From Vicugna vicugna (Eukaryota), in the NCBI GenBank assembly GCA_013265495.1, contig MU057377.1:248001-312000 (forward strand): DNA of 64,000 bases. Reading direction: 5' to 3'. Positions 11,101 through 24,124 of the stretch are shown in pieces (the first letter of the stretch is position 1; each line of letters opens with the position of its first letter). A program made the translations under genes and the position numbers. The notes beneath the pieces are model-generated. The model had not been told where the DNA came from and did not search any database. It saw only the letters and a list, made by a program, of their open reading frames with translations.

Positions 11101-13828
11101 TATGATCATTAAAAATGAAGTAAATTTGGTAAGGAAAATTCCTTTCACATAAACTAAAGTACCCTCCTTTGATCCTCGAAAAGATGAACATTGTCATAAA
11201 CATGAGAGCATTTTTAAATGATTACACTAAATAACTGATAAAGGGGCGTCAGTTGTATCTCTGTCTATCATTTATATCACAAGCTCCGCTTCTAGTGCTA
11301 AAAAAAGTTTGTCTGAGTTAAAATGTTGCTTAATTTATTCAAAAGCATACACTTTGTTACCCTAAGAGCATGGAAATGATACTTAAATCTATTCCTCTGA
11401 GTATTTAGGATACAATGTCATTTGTTTCAAGCGCTCAAGCTTTTCTGGGCTGCCGTGAATCTTGCTAATGGATAAGAAGGGAATTCTTTTTAAAATAAAG
11501 ATGAGTTAGTCATCAGGGCCGCTGCTGGAGGAGCTGGAGGAGTTGTCTTTCAGAAATTTTTTCGTATTGAATTTCTTTAAAACATTATCAGTAAGTAATA
11601 TTTTGTGATTAAGTCCAGGCAGTTTAAGTGGAGGATTGACGTTCATAAGTTAAATGGCCATTTACTGAATCTTCACCTTAAAGCTGCCATCTAGCACATT
11701 TGTAACTGCCAGCTTGTTAGAGATTTTAAAATCCAAGCTGGAAAGCTTGTTTACTCATCCCTCTCAGTGTGATGGTGACTGAAGCTCACCCGTCACCCGA
11801 GCTCGAGTGGATGCCTTTCACTCTGTAGATGGTTTCTACACGAGGGATATCTGCTGTGGATTTGGCATCCTCATGGAACGTGCTTGCCTTTACAGCACTC
11901 TCTCGTTTTTATATCAGCAGGGAGGAAATTTTGCTCAACTTTTTTTAGCGAAAATGTGTAAAAGTTGTGCACCACTGGCACGAGGCAGGAGGGCCGAGGT
12001 TGGGGTAGTGAGGGTTCCGTCTTGACATCACTGGTCGTGTGTTTCATAGAATAGAGACTCTTCTTCCTTCAAATCTGGGGAAGAAAAGGTGTATTTTTTT
12101 CATAGTATGTGTAACATTGATACATAAATTAATTAATCTTTTAAAGTGTGCAAGTTTGACCAAAGTGCTAAAAACAGCTGTCTAGAAAGATCAATTTCTT
12201 TTCCCACCTTAATTTGCAGAATCATAGCCAAATGCAACACTGAAACCTACATTTTTTCAAGACGTATCTGATAACTTTAGGAGAAGTTCATATGTGTACA
12301 TAAGATGTTTGCTATTAATAATGACTAAAGTTTATGATTTGAATGAGATTTTTCTGTGAATGATTTTCAGCAGTAGGAGAACGTATTCTGTTCGTGGTTC
12401 CTCAGCTCTAGGAGTAAACGGGCAGCACCTTCCATAGTCGTAGCAGTGGCACACTTGGAAGAAAAATGCTGTCTAACCCGGAAAAAATCTTTCATTCCTG
12501 TTTCCTGTTAGAACCTAAATATATTTTAATATTCCCATGAGAGAGCTGGGAGCAGAATCTCTCAGAGATTTAACAGTTTAAATAAGCCGTCGCTGCGCAG
12601 ACTTTTTTGCTTAGCTTGTTTACATGCTTACATAACGGTGAGTTTGCACGTTAAGTCCGAACGCATTAGGGGAAAGAGCAAGCAGCGCGCGGACACTTCG
12701 GGCTGTGTTGCACCTGTTTGTACGGCAATACTCTTCCTGATGCCGTAACTTTTTTGCACTGAGAACTTTTGCTAAGTCGTGCACCTTAAAGCGTGAAGAC
12801 TGTCTGTTGTTTTGGACTTTTTTCTTTTTTTTTTTTGTCAAGTTTCCTGTTCCAGAGGACGATATAGAACCTGAGACGTAGCCCTTCTTAAAGACAGTCT
12901 AACCTCTTCCAGTCCTCCTTCCCTCTGGGACTGTCTGTCGCTTGCTCCGTTGGCCACTAGGCCTCAGCCGGCCTTCCATTGCCTCGCTGTGGTGCTGCCA
13001 CTGATCCGTGCCGTCTCCAGACTCACCAGCCACTTCCTGTCCACATGCCTTTTCCATGTCGGTGTTGTGAAGCTTCCGTTTGTTTTCAAAACCAGCTCCC
13101 GCTCCCGCGGTGGAGCCATGGTTGCCCCCATGTTAAACCTTCCATCCTGCAGGCGTGCGCTGCGGATTTACGGGCAGCACTGGGCATAAAGCCTCCTCCC
13201 TTGGAAACGGACAGTTTCTGAGAAGCACTCAGTCCTAATCCCAGCCTGTAATCAGATCCTCAGTAAATCAGAAGAGCCTCAGCAGAGTTCCTTCTCACCA
13301 CGCCCTTCAGCTTGCCTGGGACTTACAGGGACTCGCGTGGGGAGTCGTTTACTGTCTGCCTCCTAGGACACACCCCCAGGGTGGCAGTGATTGAGATTCT
13401 TGTGTGTTAATATAGAAAGCTTGACAGCGTTGTTAATCCAGACTTACTTTCCCCTGAGAGAAGATTCTAAGATGTGTCTTCCTCATTATCATTAAGACTC
13501 GTAGTGAACAAACTGTCAGTTGTAGGAGGTTCATTGGAAGCTCTGAGCATGACTGGTGCCATCAAAAATGGGTGGACAGCAAATCTGAGCTTTCTCCTTG
13601 CTCCTTCTCTTGAAAGATGGCGGCAATTGCTGGAAGATTAATGAGGGCAGGGTAGTTCTCATTGGCTAGCGACTAAGTTATGCCTGACCCTTGAGAGAGC
13701 ACAGGTCGACTTAGCTCCCCTCCCCCTCCCTTGCCTGGACACCCTCTGCCCCTGCCCTCCCCGCCCTCCAGCCAGAAGATACTCCTGCTCGGAACAGGAC
13801 GTCTGAAGTGTTCAGTTGGAGATAGAAC

Positions 13829-14105
13829 TTTTTTTTTTAATTGAAGTATGGTCAGTTTAGTAGGCTGTGTCAGTTTCTGGTGTACAGCACGGTGCTTCAG
13901 TCATACATGAACATGCGTATATTCGTTTTCATGCTCTTTTTCACCATAGGTTACTATAAGATACTGAATTTAGTTCCCTGTGCTGTACAGAAGGAACTTG
14001 TTGTTTATCTGTTTGATATATACATTAGTTAGTACCTGCAAATCTTGAGCCCCCAGTTTATCCCTTCCCACCCCTTCTCCCTCTGGTAACCGTGAGTTTG
14101 TGTTT
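13829..14105 (-). mobile_element. Young, 5'-truncated L1 3'UTR fragment
   Basis: Poly-T, then aattgaagtatggtcagtttag...tttctggtgtacagcac...gttccctgtgctgtacag. Confidence 0.8.
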
Positions 14106-14742
14106 GAATCCAGCACTGTTCTGCAGTGTTAACAACAACTTTTAGACAAATCATGGTGGTAATAAAATCTCTCTCACACGTCTGGGGAAAAATCTATCAA
14201 AAAAAAAGCTAAAATTTTCAATCGTACTGATTTCTTTGTCATAGCAGTGATGTAGTTGGAACTGCCGTTAGAGGCAGTGATTTTGTTTATTTTTAAAATC
14301 TGTATTTGCTTTTGAGAAGCCAACGTGTCATATGGAGCAAGACTTAAACTCACTTGCTGTTTCGCTTATTCACTTATAAAGTGTTCGTTGGGCTCCCAGT
14401 GTAACCGGGTGTATTGCTGATACAAAACAACAGATCTTTACCTTTAATGGATTTGCTTGTTTGTTGTTTTCTCCCCATCAGATTGTAAGTTCTGTGATAG
14501 TGGCAAATAAGGTATGTTTTTGATTATCCAAAGTATATTTCTGTAAATTAATCCAATTTTTAAAATAGGTATTTAAATTCATTCTAAAGCACTTAAGAGT
14601 GGCAACAGTCAATACGAAAGTGTGTGATGTTAGTTTTGTTATGGCTCATTGGCTTCTGGCTGGTGGTATAGGTGACACCAATTAGCAAATTATCTAATTA
14701 TCTTCTCTAATACTTTATTTGCATTTTATTTTCTCTCCTCTA

Positions 14743-14946
14743 CAGCAAGCTGTCCAAGAGGACTTTTTGTGATGAAGGAAATACTCTGTATCTGTGCTGT
14801 CTGATTCAGGAGCCACTAGGCACTTGTGGCCACTGAGTATTTCAAATGTGGCTGGTGTGACTGAGGAACTGAATTTAGCTTTAATTTTAATACATTTAAA
14901 TTTAAATAGCTCCATGGGACTAATGGCTGCCGCGTGGAACAGTGTG
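14743..14946. mobile_element. MER3 DNA transposon (hAT-Charlie)
   Basis: gctgtccaa...tgtgatgaaggaaatactctgtatctgtgctgtc...caaatgtggctggtgtgactgaggaactgaattt matches recalled MER3. Confidence 0.85.
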
Positions 14947-15837
14947 GTTCTGTGGTGTCTTTAACTTCCATCAGACAGTGATTTGCTTGGATTACAGAGA
15001 TTTGGTCGTTTTACTCTGTTCATGCAGGAACCAGTTTTCAGAATTTTCCTTAAAACTACCTAGAATCAAGGCATTGATGCTTCCTTAAAATTAAATCATA
15101 ATCGTTATTTTTCTAAAGTTTCTTTATTAAAGTAGACAAACTCTTTTTTCCTTTTTGCTGCAGTGTAAAGATTGCTACAAGGTCTACTATAAGGACCGAA
15201 TCATTGTCACTAATCTGTTTTCACTTTGATCGTAAAGTCCAGTCACTTACCTTCATCTGTATCGAATGGGCCAAAGGACCCTTCAGGCTGTTGAGGGAAA
15301 CAGCAGGTGGCAGGGACCCACCAGTGAGGGACAGGCTCTGAAGTCATGCATGGGATCCACGGGACAAGTGGATCTGTGTTTCGAATTAGAGTCCTTGTTA
15401 CTTGAAGGAGGAACATCTAACGGGGGCTCAGCCACCACAAGACATTTGCAAAGTGGTGATTACTTAGCAAATAGGATCAATTAAGGCAGATGCCATGTGG
15501 GACTTGTCTCAGAAAGTACCCAGTCCGAATTGTATTTGCAATCGCCAAGAGAATGTGATTGACAATTGTTTAATTAATTTAAAAAGAAATGCATAATCAT
15601 ACTATAAATGGCAAAAATCATGCAGTGGTTTTTATAGTAAGACTATTTTCTAATCAGGATGAAATATAATTGTTGGACTTTTTCAGATGTGTGTGCTGCT
15701 TTCAATGCTCCCCACACTCCAAGCCCCTCGAAGCTGGTTCTGTCTTGCACTCCCTCGTGAGCCCCATGCTTCTCTTTAGGTGAACAGGTTCTCTCTGCCT
15801 TTCTGTTGACATCCTGAAATCCTTTATTTCTCTCCAG

Positions 15838-15939
15838 GGTGAGCCCATCACCTTTTGCGAGGAGAGTTTTGTAAAGCACCGTTCAAGTGTGATGAAACAG
15901 TTCTTGGAAACTGCAGTTAACCTCCAACTTTTTAAGCAG
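15838..15939 (+). CDS. DENND1B: DENND1B coding exon (dDENN): GEPITFCEESFVKHRSSVMKQFLETAVNLQLFKQ
   Basis: Acceptor tttctctccAG|GGT, donor CAG|GTaaga; 102 nt, phase 0-0. Confidence 0.96.
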
Positions 15940-17744
15940 GTAAGAGTGGACCTCTACATTTTGTTCTGTAACGGAAGGGTACAGGAATCTAACAGAAATG
16001 TGTAACACGTTTATCACTGTAAAGTGTGTCTAAACTTCATTGTTAAAAAGTTCCTCATCGAAAGCTGTTCAGCCAATGGTCTGAGAGGAGAGGTCCCGCG
16101 CCCAGCAGGGCGTCAGTGTGACCGTGTGATGTAAGGCGTCTCAGAAGGGTCGTCCTGGAGGGGTAGACCCGTGTGGCAAATGTGCTGAGTTTTTATAGGA
16201 CCAGAGTAGTCCATCTTGTAAAAACAATTCATAAATAAGGTACTTTTTAAGCGTTGTAAGACTTTTCATAATCACAAATTCAAAGTTCAGAAAAAACCTA
16301 CAGTCATACTGTGCATCTGGATGTCTGGCTCAGCAAGTATAATTGTGATTTCAAAAAGCAGCAGCTGCACATCAGAAGTCGGGCGGTTTAGATGCCCTGT
16401 TTCCTTCCCCCCACTGTGTGGCCACAGCGAGTCTCTTCATCCAGGTTAGTGTCCGTTTAAATAATTTAAAGTAAGTTCTTAACGCTTACTTTTCTTATTC
16501 CACATGACAATTTAAGTGTAAAGTTAGCTCTCTGAATTCGGCGTTCAGTGAAGACCTGCGGTGTGTCATCAGCTGTGCGCAGGGCCAGGGCACAGACGTG
16601 AATAACAGCTCAGCAGTGCCTTTGAGAAGCTGGTGGGCTGATAGCAGTTCCTTTGGCCAAGAAGAAAGAGACAAGAACTCAAAATAACCTTCAAATTAGA
16701 TAAGTAAAGAAGTCAGCATGGTGACCAGTCCAACACTGTTTATCTCTGTTCTGAGGGAGCTTTAAAAATGATGTGAGTGAGAAAAATGCTCTGTGGGGGA
16801 TATACCTGTCTCCCAGCACGGGAAGGTTTACCCTAGGTTTATCCGATACACAGCTTTAAGGAGCAGAAAGAGCCCGGTTTGATGGGTTTCAGGATCAAAG
16901 ATGTCTTGTGAACTTCCAGGGATGGAGTGGGTTACAGTTGGAGCTCTCGGATCCTCGAGGGCTCCCATATACACTGAAGTAGTTCCCAGGCTGGAACGAG
17001 GATCGGGTAATGGTCTGTAAGTGCTGAATGGACAGCCACGCGGTGCAGCCCCTCGCCGGTTGTCCAGGGCACACTTGTTGTGTTAAACACTGGTACCCTT
17101 TTGTGTTTGTATCCGTCAAGTTCTGCCTCCCACTGTCAAAACTGAGTTGTGCGGATCACATTCTGTGCGGGTCAGGGACTGAACGGCTGGGCAGAATATT
17201 TAACTTCCTACTTCCCTCTTATCATGAGAGTCTGTAACTAGAGGCTTATCTTTTGGTCAAGTTCACACGGGGTCATTTTTTTAGGTAGCTACAAAAGGCA
17301 TGTGTATCTTGGGAGTCAGGTGGTGTGGGTTACACCAGGGCTTTATCACGTCGTAGCTTTTTGTTCGTAAGTATCTGTCTCTTTTTCTACAAAGTAGCAA
17401 CATCGCCACCTGCCACACAGTTGTGATAAAGTCGATGTGAGTTAACACCTGTGCGCTCTCCCGTGACCGTGCGTGACACTTTGTAGAGCTTGTAAATTTC
17501 AGGATCTGCCTCATCCTTAGAGCAATTACGTTAACAAAATATATTCTATGCAGGTTTTTTTAGAAGTATAATTTGGTCAAAAAGCCTAAATGTAAAATAT
17601 GAAAGTCAAAGTGGAACTGATGGTGTGGACAACTTGGACAGTTTTACATACAATTGACCATGTTCTTGAACTTGATATAATTTTATGAAACTCAAGAAAG
17701 TGATACTTAAAGGTATCCCTGAAAGGATTTAAAAGGTTCTGTTG

Positions 17745-18040
17745 ACAGAGTTTCACAACTTCGAAAGGTTAGTAAGTTCCAGCAATCTGCTGTACAAGAT
17801 AGTATTGTACACTTAAAATGTGTGAAGAGAGTGAATCTCATGCTAATGTTCTTACCACAAACAGAAACGCAAAGAGATACAAGGAAACCTTTGGAGCTGA
17901 TGGGTATGTCTGTTACCTGGATTGCTGTGGTGGTAGCAGGAGTGTGTACATACGTCCCAGCACACCAAGTTGTCTGCATTAATTATATGCAGTTTTTGGT
18001 ATAGCAGTCCAACTTCACTAAAGCTTGGGGAAAAAAGGAA
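17745..18040 (+). mobile_element. L1MB-like 3' end
   Basis: aatctcatgctaatgttcttaccaca...ggaaacctttggagctgatgggtatgtctgttacctggattgctgtggtgg... Confidence 0.75.
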
Positions 18041-18779
18041 AAACAAAATAAGAATCAGTTGGTAAAAACATATCAACATAGATGAATTCTCAAAGGCACT
18101 ACTGATTTTTCTGAAAGAATAGGAAAATATTTAATAGTACAAATGAGGAGTAGTTATTACTCTGAGTTTGTTGTGATCGACTATGGGTCAAGAACTACCC
18201 AGGTCCTGTGTTCGTTGGCAGTTCTTATGCATCAAAATTTAGAGCCATGAACCCAGGAGAGACGCATCTAATATAAAGGTAAGAGTTAAAGTCAGCTTTA
18301 TTTCTGGCAGTGTGGCGGGGAAGGGCCCAGTGCTGACTCAGGTACTGAAACCATCTAAAATGCAGGATTTAGAAGATGGTTTGTGGTGAGGGGACAGGAG
18401 ACAAAGGCCAGTGCTGACTCTCCAAGCTGAGACGTGTCACAGGAGACTCAGCTCCCATCAACCTGGGAAGACCCAGCATAAAGATAAACAGGAAACAGCG
18501 GTGCCCCTCCCCGGCTGTGTCTGTGTCTTGGGGATTGTACATCCGAAGCCGAGTTGGGGGGTGAGGAAAAAGCGCTACTGAGAAGCTTCCACACACCAGC
18601 GTGCACGGGAACGTGAAGCCTGAATTAATAACTTCTGACTTGCTCTGACAAAACTCAAGCCAAGGGTAAAGAGATTCTGAACTGTTGGTGCCCCTGGGCT
18701 CCAGGCAGAAGCAGGCACTCACCCTCTCTCGAGAACCTTCATCCAGGCATCAAAGAATTCTCCCAGCTAAAGTCCCAAA

Positions 18780-21660
18780 GACAAGTTTCACTGGTTAAAG
18801 TCATTAAACGTCCAGGGAAACAAATCACGAATGAGAACTGGCAGAAATAGCAGACAGGAACTGACTTGCAAAGACTTCAGATACTGGCATTATCAGAAGC
18901 AGACTATAAAACAGCTATGGTTAAGATGTCCAAAGAAATAAAAGACAAGCTTTAAAAATGTTCAGGGCATAAAAACTTTAAAGACTGTGAAGCCAATTTT
19001 TAAACATACAGCAAATAAACTTCTGGTAAGGAAGCATGTAATCTAAATTCAAAGAAACTGATGGGTTTAATAGCCCATCAGATCTAACTGAAGAGAGACT
19101 TGCTGAACCGGAAGATATATCTGAAAAGAAAATTATCCAGAATGTAGTACAGAGAGGTGAAGAGGCAGAAAATGTAAGAGGTATGTGGACATGAAGGGTA
19201 GAGTGGAAACGTCTGAAATCCTTAGGTCAGCTCTCAAGGAGCGGCCAGAAGCAGAGGAGCGAGCGCTGAAGGGGCAGGGCCAGGACCAGTGAAACGCAGC
19301 GCTGGATAGATGTGGGAGATCCCACATCTCGAAACTGAGGAAACCAGAAGAGACCTTCATTCACACAGCGTAGTCAGCTCTAAGATATTTAATAAAGAGG
19401 AAATGTAAGAAAAATAAAAGACGGATTACTTCCAAAGCGCAGCGTACTGACGGGGGACCCCGCCCCAGCCGCGGAGGGTGGCGGACACTGCTGCGCCTCC
19501 AGTGCTGAGAAGAGTTCCCAGGGCCCGGCGCCAGCGGACGTGCCCGGCGACAGTGCCGTGGAAGCGTGGCCTGCAGAAATTCAGCTTGCCCTCTGCGCGG
19601 CTGTGACGGTGTCTGCTCGGCTGGGCCGCGGCTCCCAGTTACTCAGCTGCTGCCCTGGGTGTTGCTGTGAAGGTGTCTTACATACATAACTTCCACCCTC
19701 AGTCATTTGGCTTTAAACAAGGAAGCGTATCCGGGGTAACCTGGGGGGCCCGTCTGAATCAGGTGGGGGCCTCTGAGGTTTTCCTGGAAGAGAGGCTTCC
19801 GCCTGTGGACGGCAGCGTCGTCCCTGCCCCGGGGCTGCAGCTGCCACCGTCTCACCTGCTGCCCGTCCTGGGAACTTCAGGCCTGCCTGGCCAGCCTTCA
19901 TAGTCACGTCAGCTGGTTCCTTGTAATAAATCTCGTGTGTCTGTCTGTCTGTCCGTCTGTTAAATCTCCCGCTAGTTCTGCGTCTGGGTGAGCCCTGACT
20001 ATGACATTGGCAGGAGAAAGAAATCCTTAAGGAAGTATTTTCAGAAAGCACTTCAGGGAGAAAGTTTTCTGAGATCCAAGATGGAAGGTCTAGATGCAAG
20101 AAGGAAGAAGAGCAAAATAAGTGGAAAATACGTGTATTAGATTTAAACGGCATTTACCGCAGGTCAGGCAGCTTCCTCCACACACTCAGGAATCAAATGG
20201 TTCCAATTCAGATTCCGAAAAATTCTTGTTTTGATTATGGCAAAAGGGAGGCACTCTTCAGTTCACTTTGGAAGGAAGGCTGGACAGTCTCAATTCTAAA
20301 AGCTGGGACAGCATGAGAAGGAAACGATACACACCAGGCTCACCATGACCACAGGTGCAAAAATTTAAGCAAAAAAATTTGCAGCCGATTCTAACAAGGT
20401 ATGAACGGTCCTGTTTCACAAGCAGGTTGCCTTTATTTAGAAATTAAATAGGACACCTGTGAATGCGATTCACAACATTAGCTGATTATAGGAGAAAAAT
20501 CCCTCTCAACAGATGCAAACTTTTCCATAATCCTCATGATAGAAGCCAAAAAAGGGCAAGATTAAAGGCATTTTCAATAAACATCATACATAACATTTAA
20601 ACACTTAATATTTAAACACAGAAAAGGTGCCACCTGTTCCCTAATGGACTGCTCATACATGTGATTTAGCCAAAAAAGTATAAAACTTTAGAAAGGAAGA
20701 CACCAAACTGACATTATTTTATTACTTTGAGGATAAAGACAAGTTTCTTAGGACATACAGAAATAGCTAAATAAATATGATTTAATCGAAATGAAGAACT
20801 TTCGATCATCAGAAGGCTTCCTGTTTGCAGTACCTGTGAACCACGCCAGAGTTTAGCATCTAGAATATAAAAAAAACACTTGTACATGTCAGTAAAAAAA
20901 CACATCCAGTATAATTGTGCAAAAGACCTGAATAAGCACATGCGAATGCAGGAACCTGACTGGCTAATAAAAATATATGAGATGCTTAGTCTCATTTGTA
21001 ATCAGAGAACATCAAATAAAACACACAATGAAATACCACCTCACACTCACCAGATTGGCCTAATTTTAAAAACCTGAAAATCTCAGATTTTGGCAAAAGC
21101 CAGAGCAAAGGACCAAGTTTCAGCTGTTGATGGGAGTGAAAATTTGCACAGCTTTTTGAGAAAACACTTTGGTGCTATGACTTAAATATGCAGATTTTTT
21201 TACGACCCAGCAGTTTCACTCTTCGTTGTGCACCAGAAGTCGTTTACTAAAATTGCTCACAATAGCACAATAGTGGTGGGTAATGTTGCTTATTCATTGG
21301 TATTAAAATGAATAAATTGTTGCATTCATACATTAGAACATCTCTGTAGCAGGGAGGTGAATGAGCGGCAGCAAAACTAGATGTGAATGAATTGAATGAA
21401 AAGAATGAATCACTGAAGAATTAATACGATGAGCCATTTTATGTCATGTTCGACGATGAGAAAGATTAAATAGTATATATTTAGGGAAACGTCTCTGTGA
21501 TAAAACTATAAAGAAAGACAAGGGGTACGCTGAAGGGATTGTAAGCTTTTCTGTGGAGAAGGAGAAGCACCCAGGGAGGAGATGTTCTGGCAGCTGACTT
21601 TATCATTATTTAACTATTAATTATTTAAGTTATTATTTAAATTATCTAAGTGTTATATAA
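18780..21660 (+). mobile_element. Ancient fragmented L1 (ORF1 remnant, ORF2 3' part, 3'UTR), interrupted by an MLT2 LTR
   Basis: ORF1-like gacttcagatactggcattatcagaagcagactataaaacagctatg; ORF2-end-like gcaaaagacctgaataagcac...aatgaaataccacctcacactcaccagattggc. Confidence 0.7.
19594..20006 (+). mobile_element. MLT2D-like ERVL solo LTR nested in the L1
   Basis: cccagttactcag...gggtgttgctgtgaaggt...gcctgtggacggcagc...ttccttgtaataaatctc...gagccctgactatgaCA; L1-like sequence resumes after it. Confidence 0.8.
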
Positions 21661-23929
21661 AACACATTTTCTAGTATTTCTGAGTTATCCAATAATGAGC
21701 TGTGTTTTCACTGATGGTTGACTTCCTAGCCTCCTTCGGCCTCAGTTTCTACATCTGTAACACGAGTTGGACTAAAAGGTCCGTACATTTGAGATACCTT
21801 CAGGCTCTAACATTCCATGATATCAGGAAATAAACATAGCTTAGCGGATGATAGGACGTTCCATTTGGATAAATTCCTCTTCAGATAATGGGTTTGGAAG
21901 GAATCCCAGAAACAGCTTCTTAAATCCACAAGTCTGGCAGTACCGTCTTCGTTTAGCAGCTGTACGAAGATCTGAGCCATTACTCTTAAGTCTCTTACCT
22001 TTGTCTCGTGTTACACTAACACAATAAAGGAAATTATTTTCCTGTGTGTTACTTGTTTTTAAGGCCCCTGGAACTAAAGTTTTTTCTGCCCGTTTTCCTA
22101 TACACTTTCCATGGCTGAGGACCATGACTGACCTTAGTGTGGGGGTCCAAGAGCCCCACCCAGCACCACACACCCATGGGGGAGCCAGGAATATAGGCTG
22201 TCTGTTAGCTGGCAGCCTAGGTGGCTGGCAAGAAATGTCGAGCTCAAATATACTACAGCAAGTGCACTTTTTCCCCCAAATAATTCTGCTTGTTTGTGTT
22301 CTAACTTTATCAGGGAGTAAACATAGGGGGTTCATACTGGATGAAACTCTCTTAGTGTTCCTTCAGACCCCTTCCCTCATCTCATGGGATAACACACATG
22401 TCTTTCTCAAACTTTCCCATCCGGCAGAGAGCCCTGCGTACTGGAAGAGAACACGTGTTTAGAAAGAGCAGGACTGGGGAGGGGGGAGGCTGCGGGACCA
22501 CAGAGAAGCCCACTTCACAGAGCCTTCCACGGGCTCCTGAAACTTGTGCTTCCCACGCCGCAGGGCATCTGTGCTTGTTTTAAAGGGGCGAGACCTTAGG
22601 TTTCCCTCCTCCCCCCATCTTTGAATAAAATTAAGTTCTCAAACACACAGTACGTACCCCTTGCCCTGCACTTCTGGCCTCGTCATCGTGGACTGCTCCT
22701 GGCGGGCTCGCCCCGCCCCGGCAGCCCTGGCTCTGGGCTGCAGCGCAGGGTGTGCCCTGGCGCTGCCACCTTCCCAGGCAGTCGCGGTGTGAGGGGCGTG
22801 GTCGCTTCAGGCTTTTAATCCTCCAGTTTCTTGTACTAATGCAGGATCCATGTCTTTCAAAGTAAGGTTTTGCGTACACGGAGCATCCTGCCAGCATGAA
22901 CGTGCTTCCTGTCGCCGTCACTCAGATGTCCCCCCCATCCTTGCCGTTCCCCTAGAGCATTCTCATACCTCAGTCACAGCAGGTACCCTGTGTTACTATA
23001 ACTTGTCTCTCTATCTAAAGCCTTCCCAGCTTTTCCTCCCCATCACTGTGTTCTGCACTCCTTTCTCTGTGCCTGTGTTATTTTGAAAACAATTCTTCTG
23101 TCAGTTGTGTGTCAAGGGCATGCCCAGGACATGTCCATGCACTTGAGACACGGAGCTGTGTGACCTGCCTTCATGGGTGATTTCTGCGAAGGGAATGGAT
23201 TAACAGACAGGCAACAAATAAATAAGAAAAATATCAAGATGTGAGATCTTGGTTGGATGGCTAGTTTATTTAGATTGGATGATTAGAAAAGGCATTACTG
23301 AAAAGGAGATATTTAAGCTAAGTTTGAACAAAGCTTTGAGAGCATCAAATAGGAACATCATTTCAGGTAGAGGAGGAGAGAACTTAGCATTTCCTAGGAT
23401 TGGAATTAAATCTCATGCAGGCAGGGAAGAGGGCTCTGTGAGATCTTCAGCACTCTCAGGATTTTGTGCTATGACCCACTTTCTCTGACTTAATAAGACA
23501 CTGGATAAGGGAGGGGGTCAAAAGCCAAATGTTTTCCTTTTATGTTAGCTAGAGATTTTAGAAAGCTTTTAACATAAATAATAAATCCTTATACATTTCT
23601 TCATTTTCCTATTAATCTTTTTGAAAGAAACTTGATAGTTACTTATTTATGGCATGTCATCTGTAGCTAAGACCAACACATGCATTACTAGTACTAAAGA
23701 TGCAGTAGTTTTGAAGTGTTAGGAAATATTTGATATATGAACGGATGGGAGATGGTAATTGCATCAAGCACATATTTCATCACATGGAAAAAGGATAGAA
23801 ATAAAAATGTGACATAGGGAAGATATGGCCTTCTTGGTAGAGAGAAGGAATGTACAAGGAGAGAAAGCTTGTTAGGGTAAGGAATACATTTCTCCAGCAT
23901 CCTTTGTTAACTGATTGCAAGTAGTCTCC

Positions 23930-24115
23930 CAAACTGTTTCTCTAAGTGTGGTTTCAAATCACCTGCATCAGATTTAGCTAGAAAGTCTATGAGAGGTGCA
24001 TATTCTTGAGTCTGATCTTCAAAATTTGTGATTTAGGAGGCATGTATTAAAACCCAGAAATTTACATTATTAATGAAATGCCATAAAAATATGTATACTA
24101 AAATTTTAGAAATAC
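23930..24115. mobile_element. MER5-like DNA transposon
   Basis: gtttctctaagtgtggt...cacctgcatcaga...tactaaaattttagaaatact. Confidence 0.6.
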
Positions 24116-24124
24116 TCATTGAAG

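Noticed and set aside
18325..18425. Repeated ccagtgctgactc with a MARE/AP-1-like TGCTGACTCAG
   Set aside because: Only one copy matches the motif and it lies beside degraded L1 sequence. That is too little to call a regulatory element.
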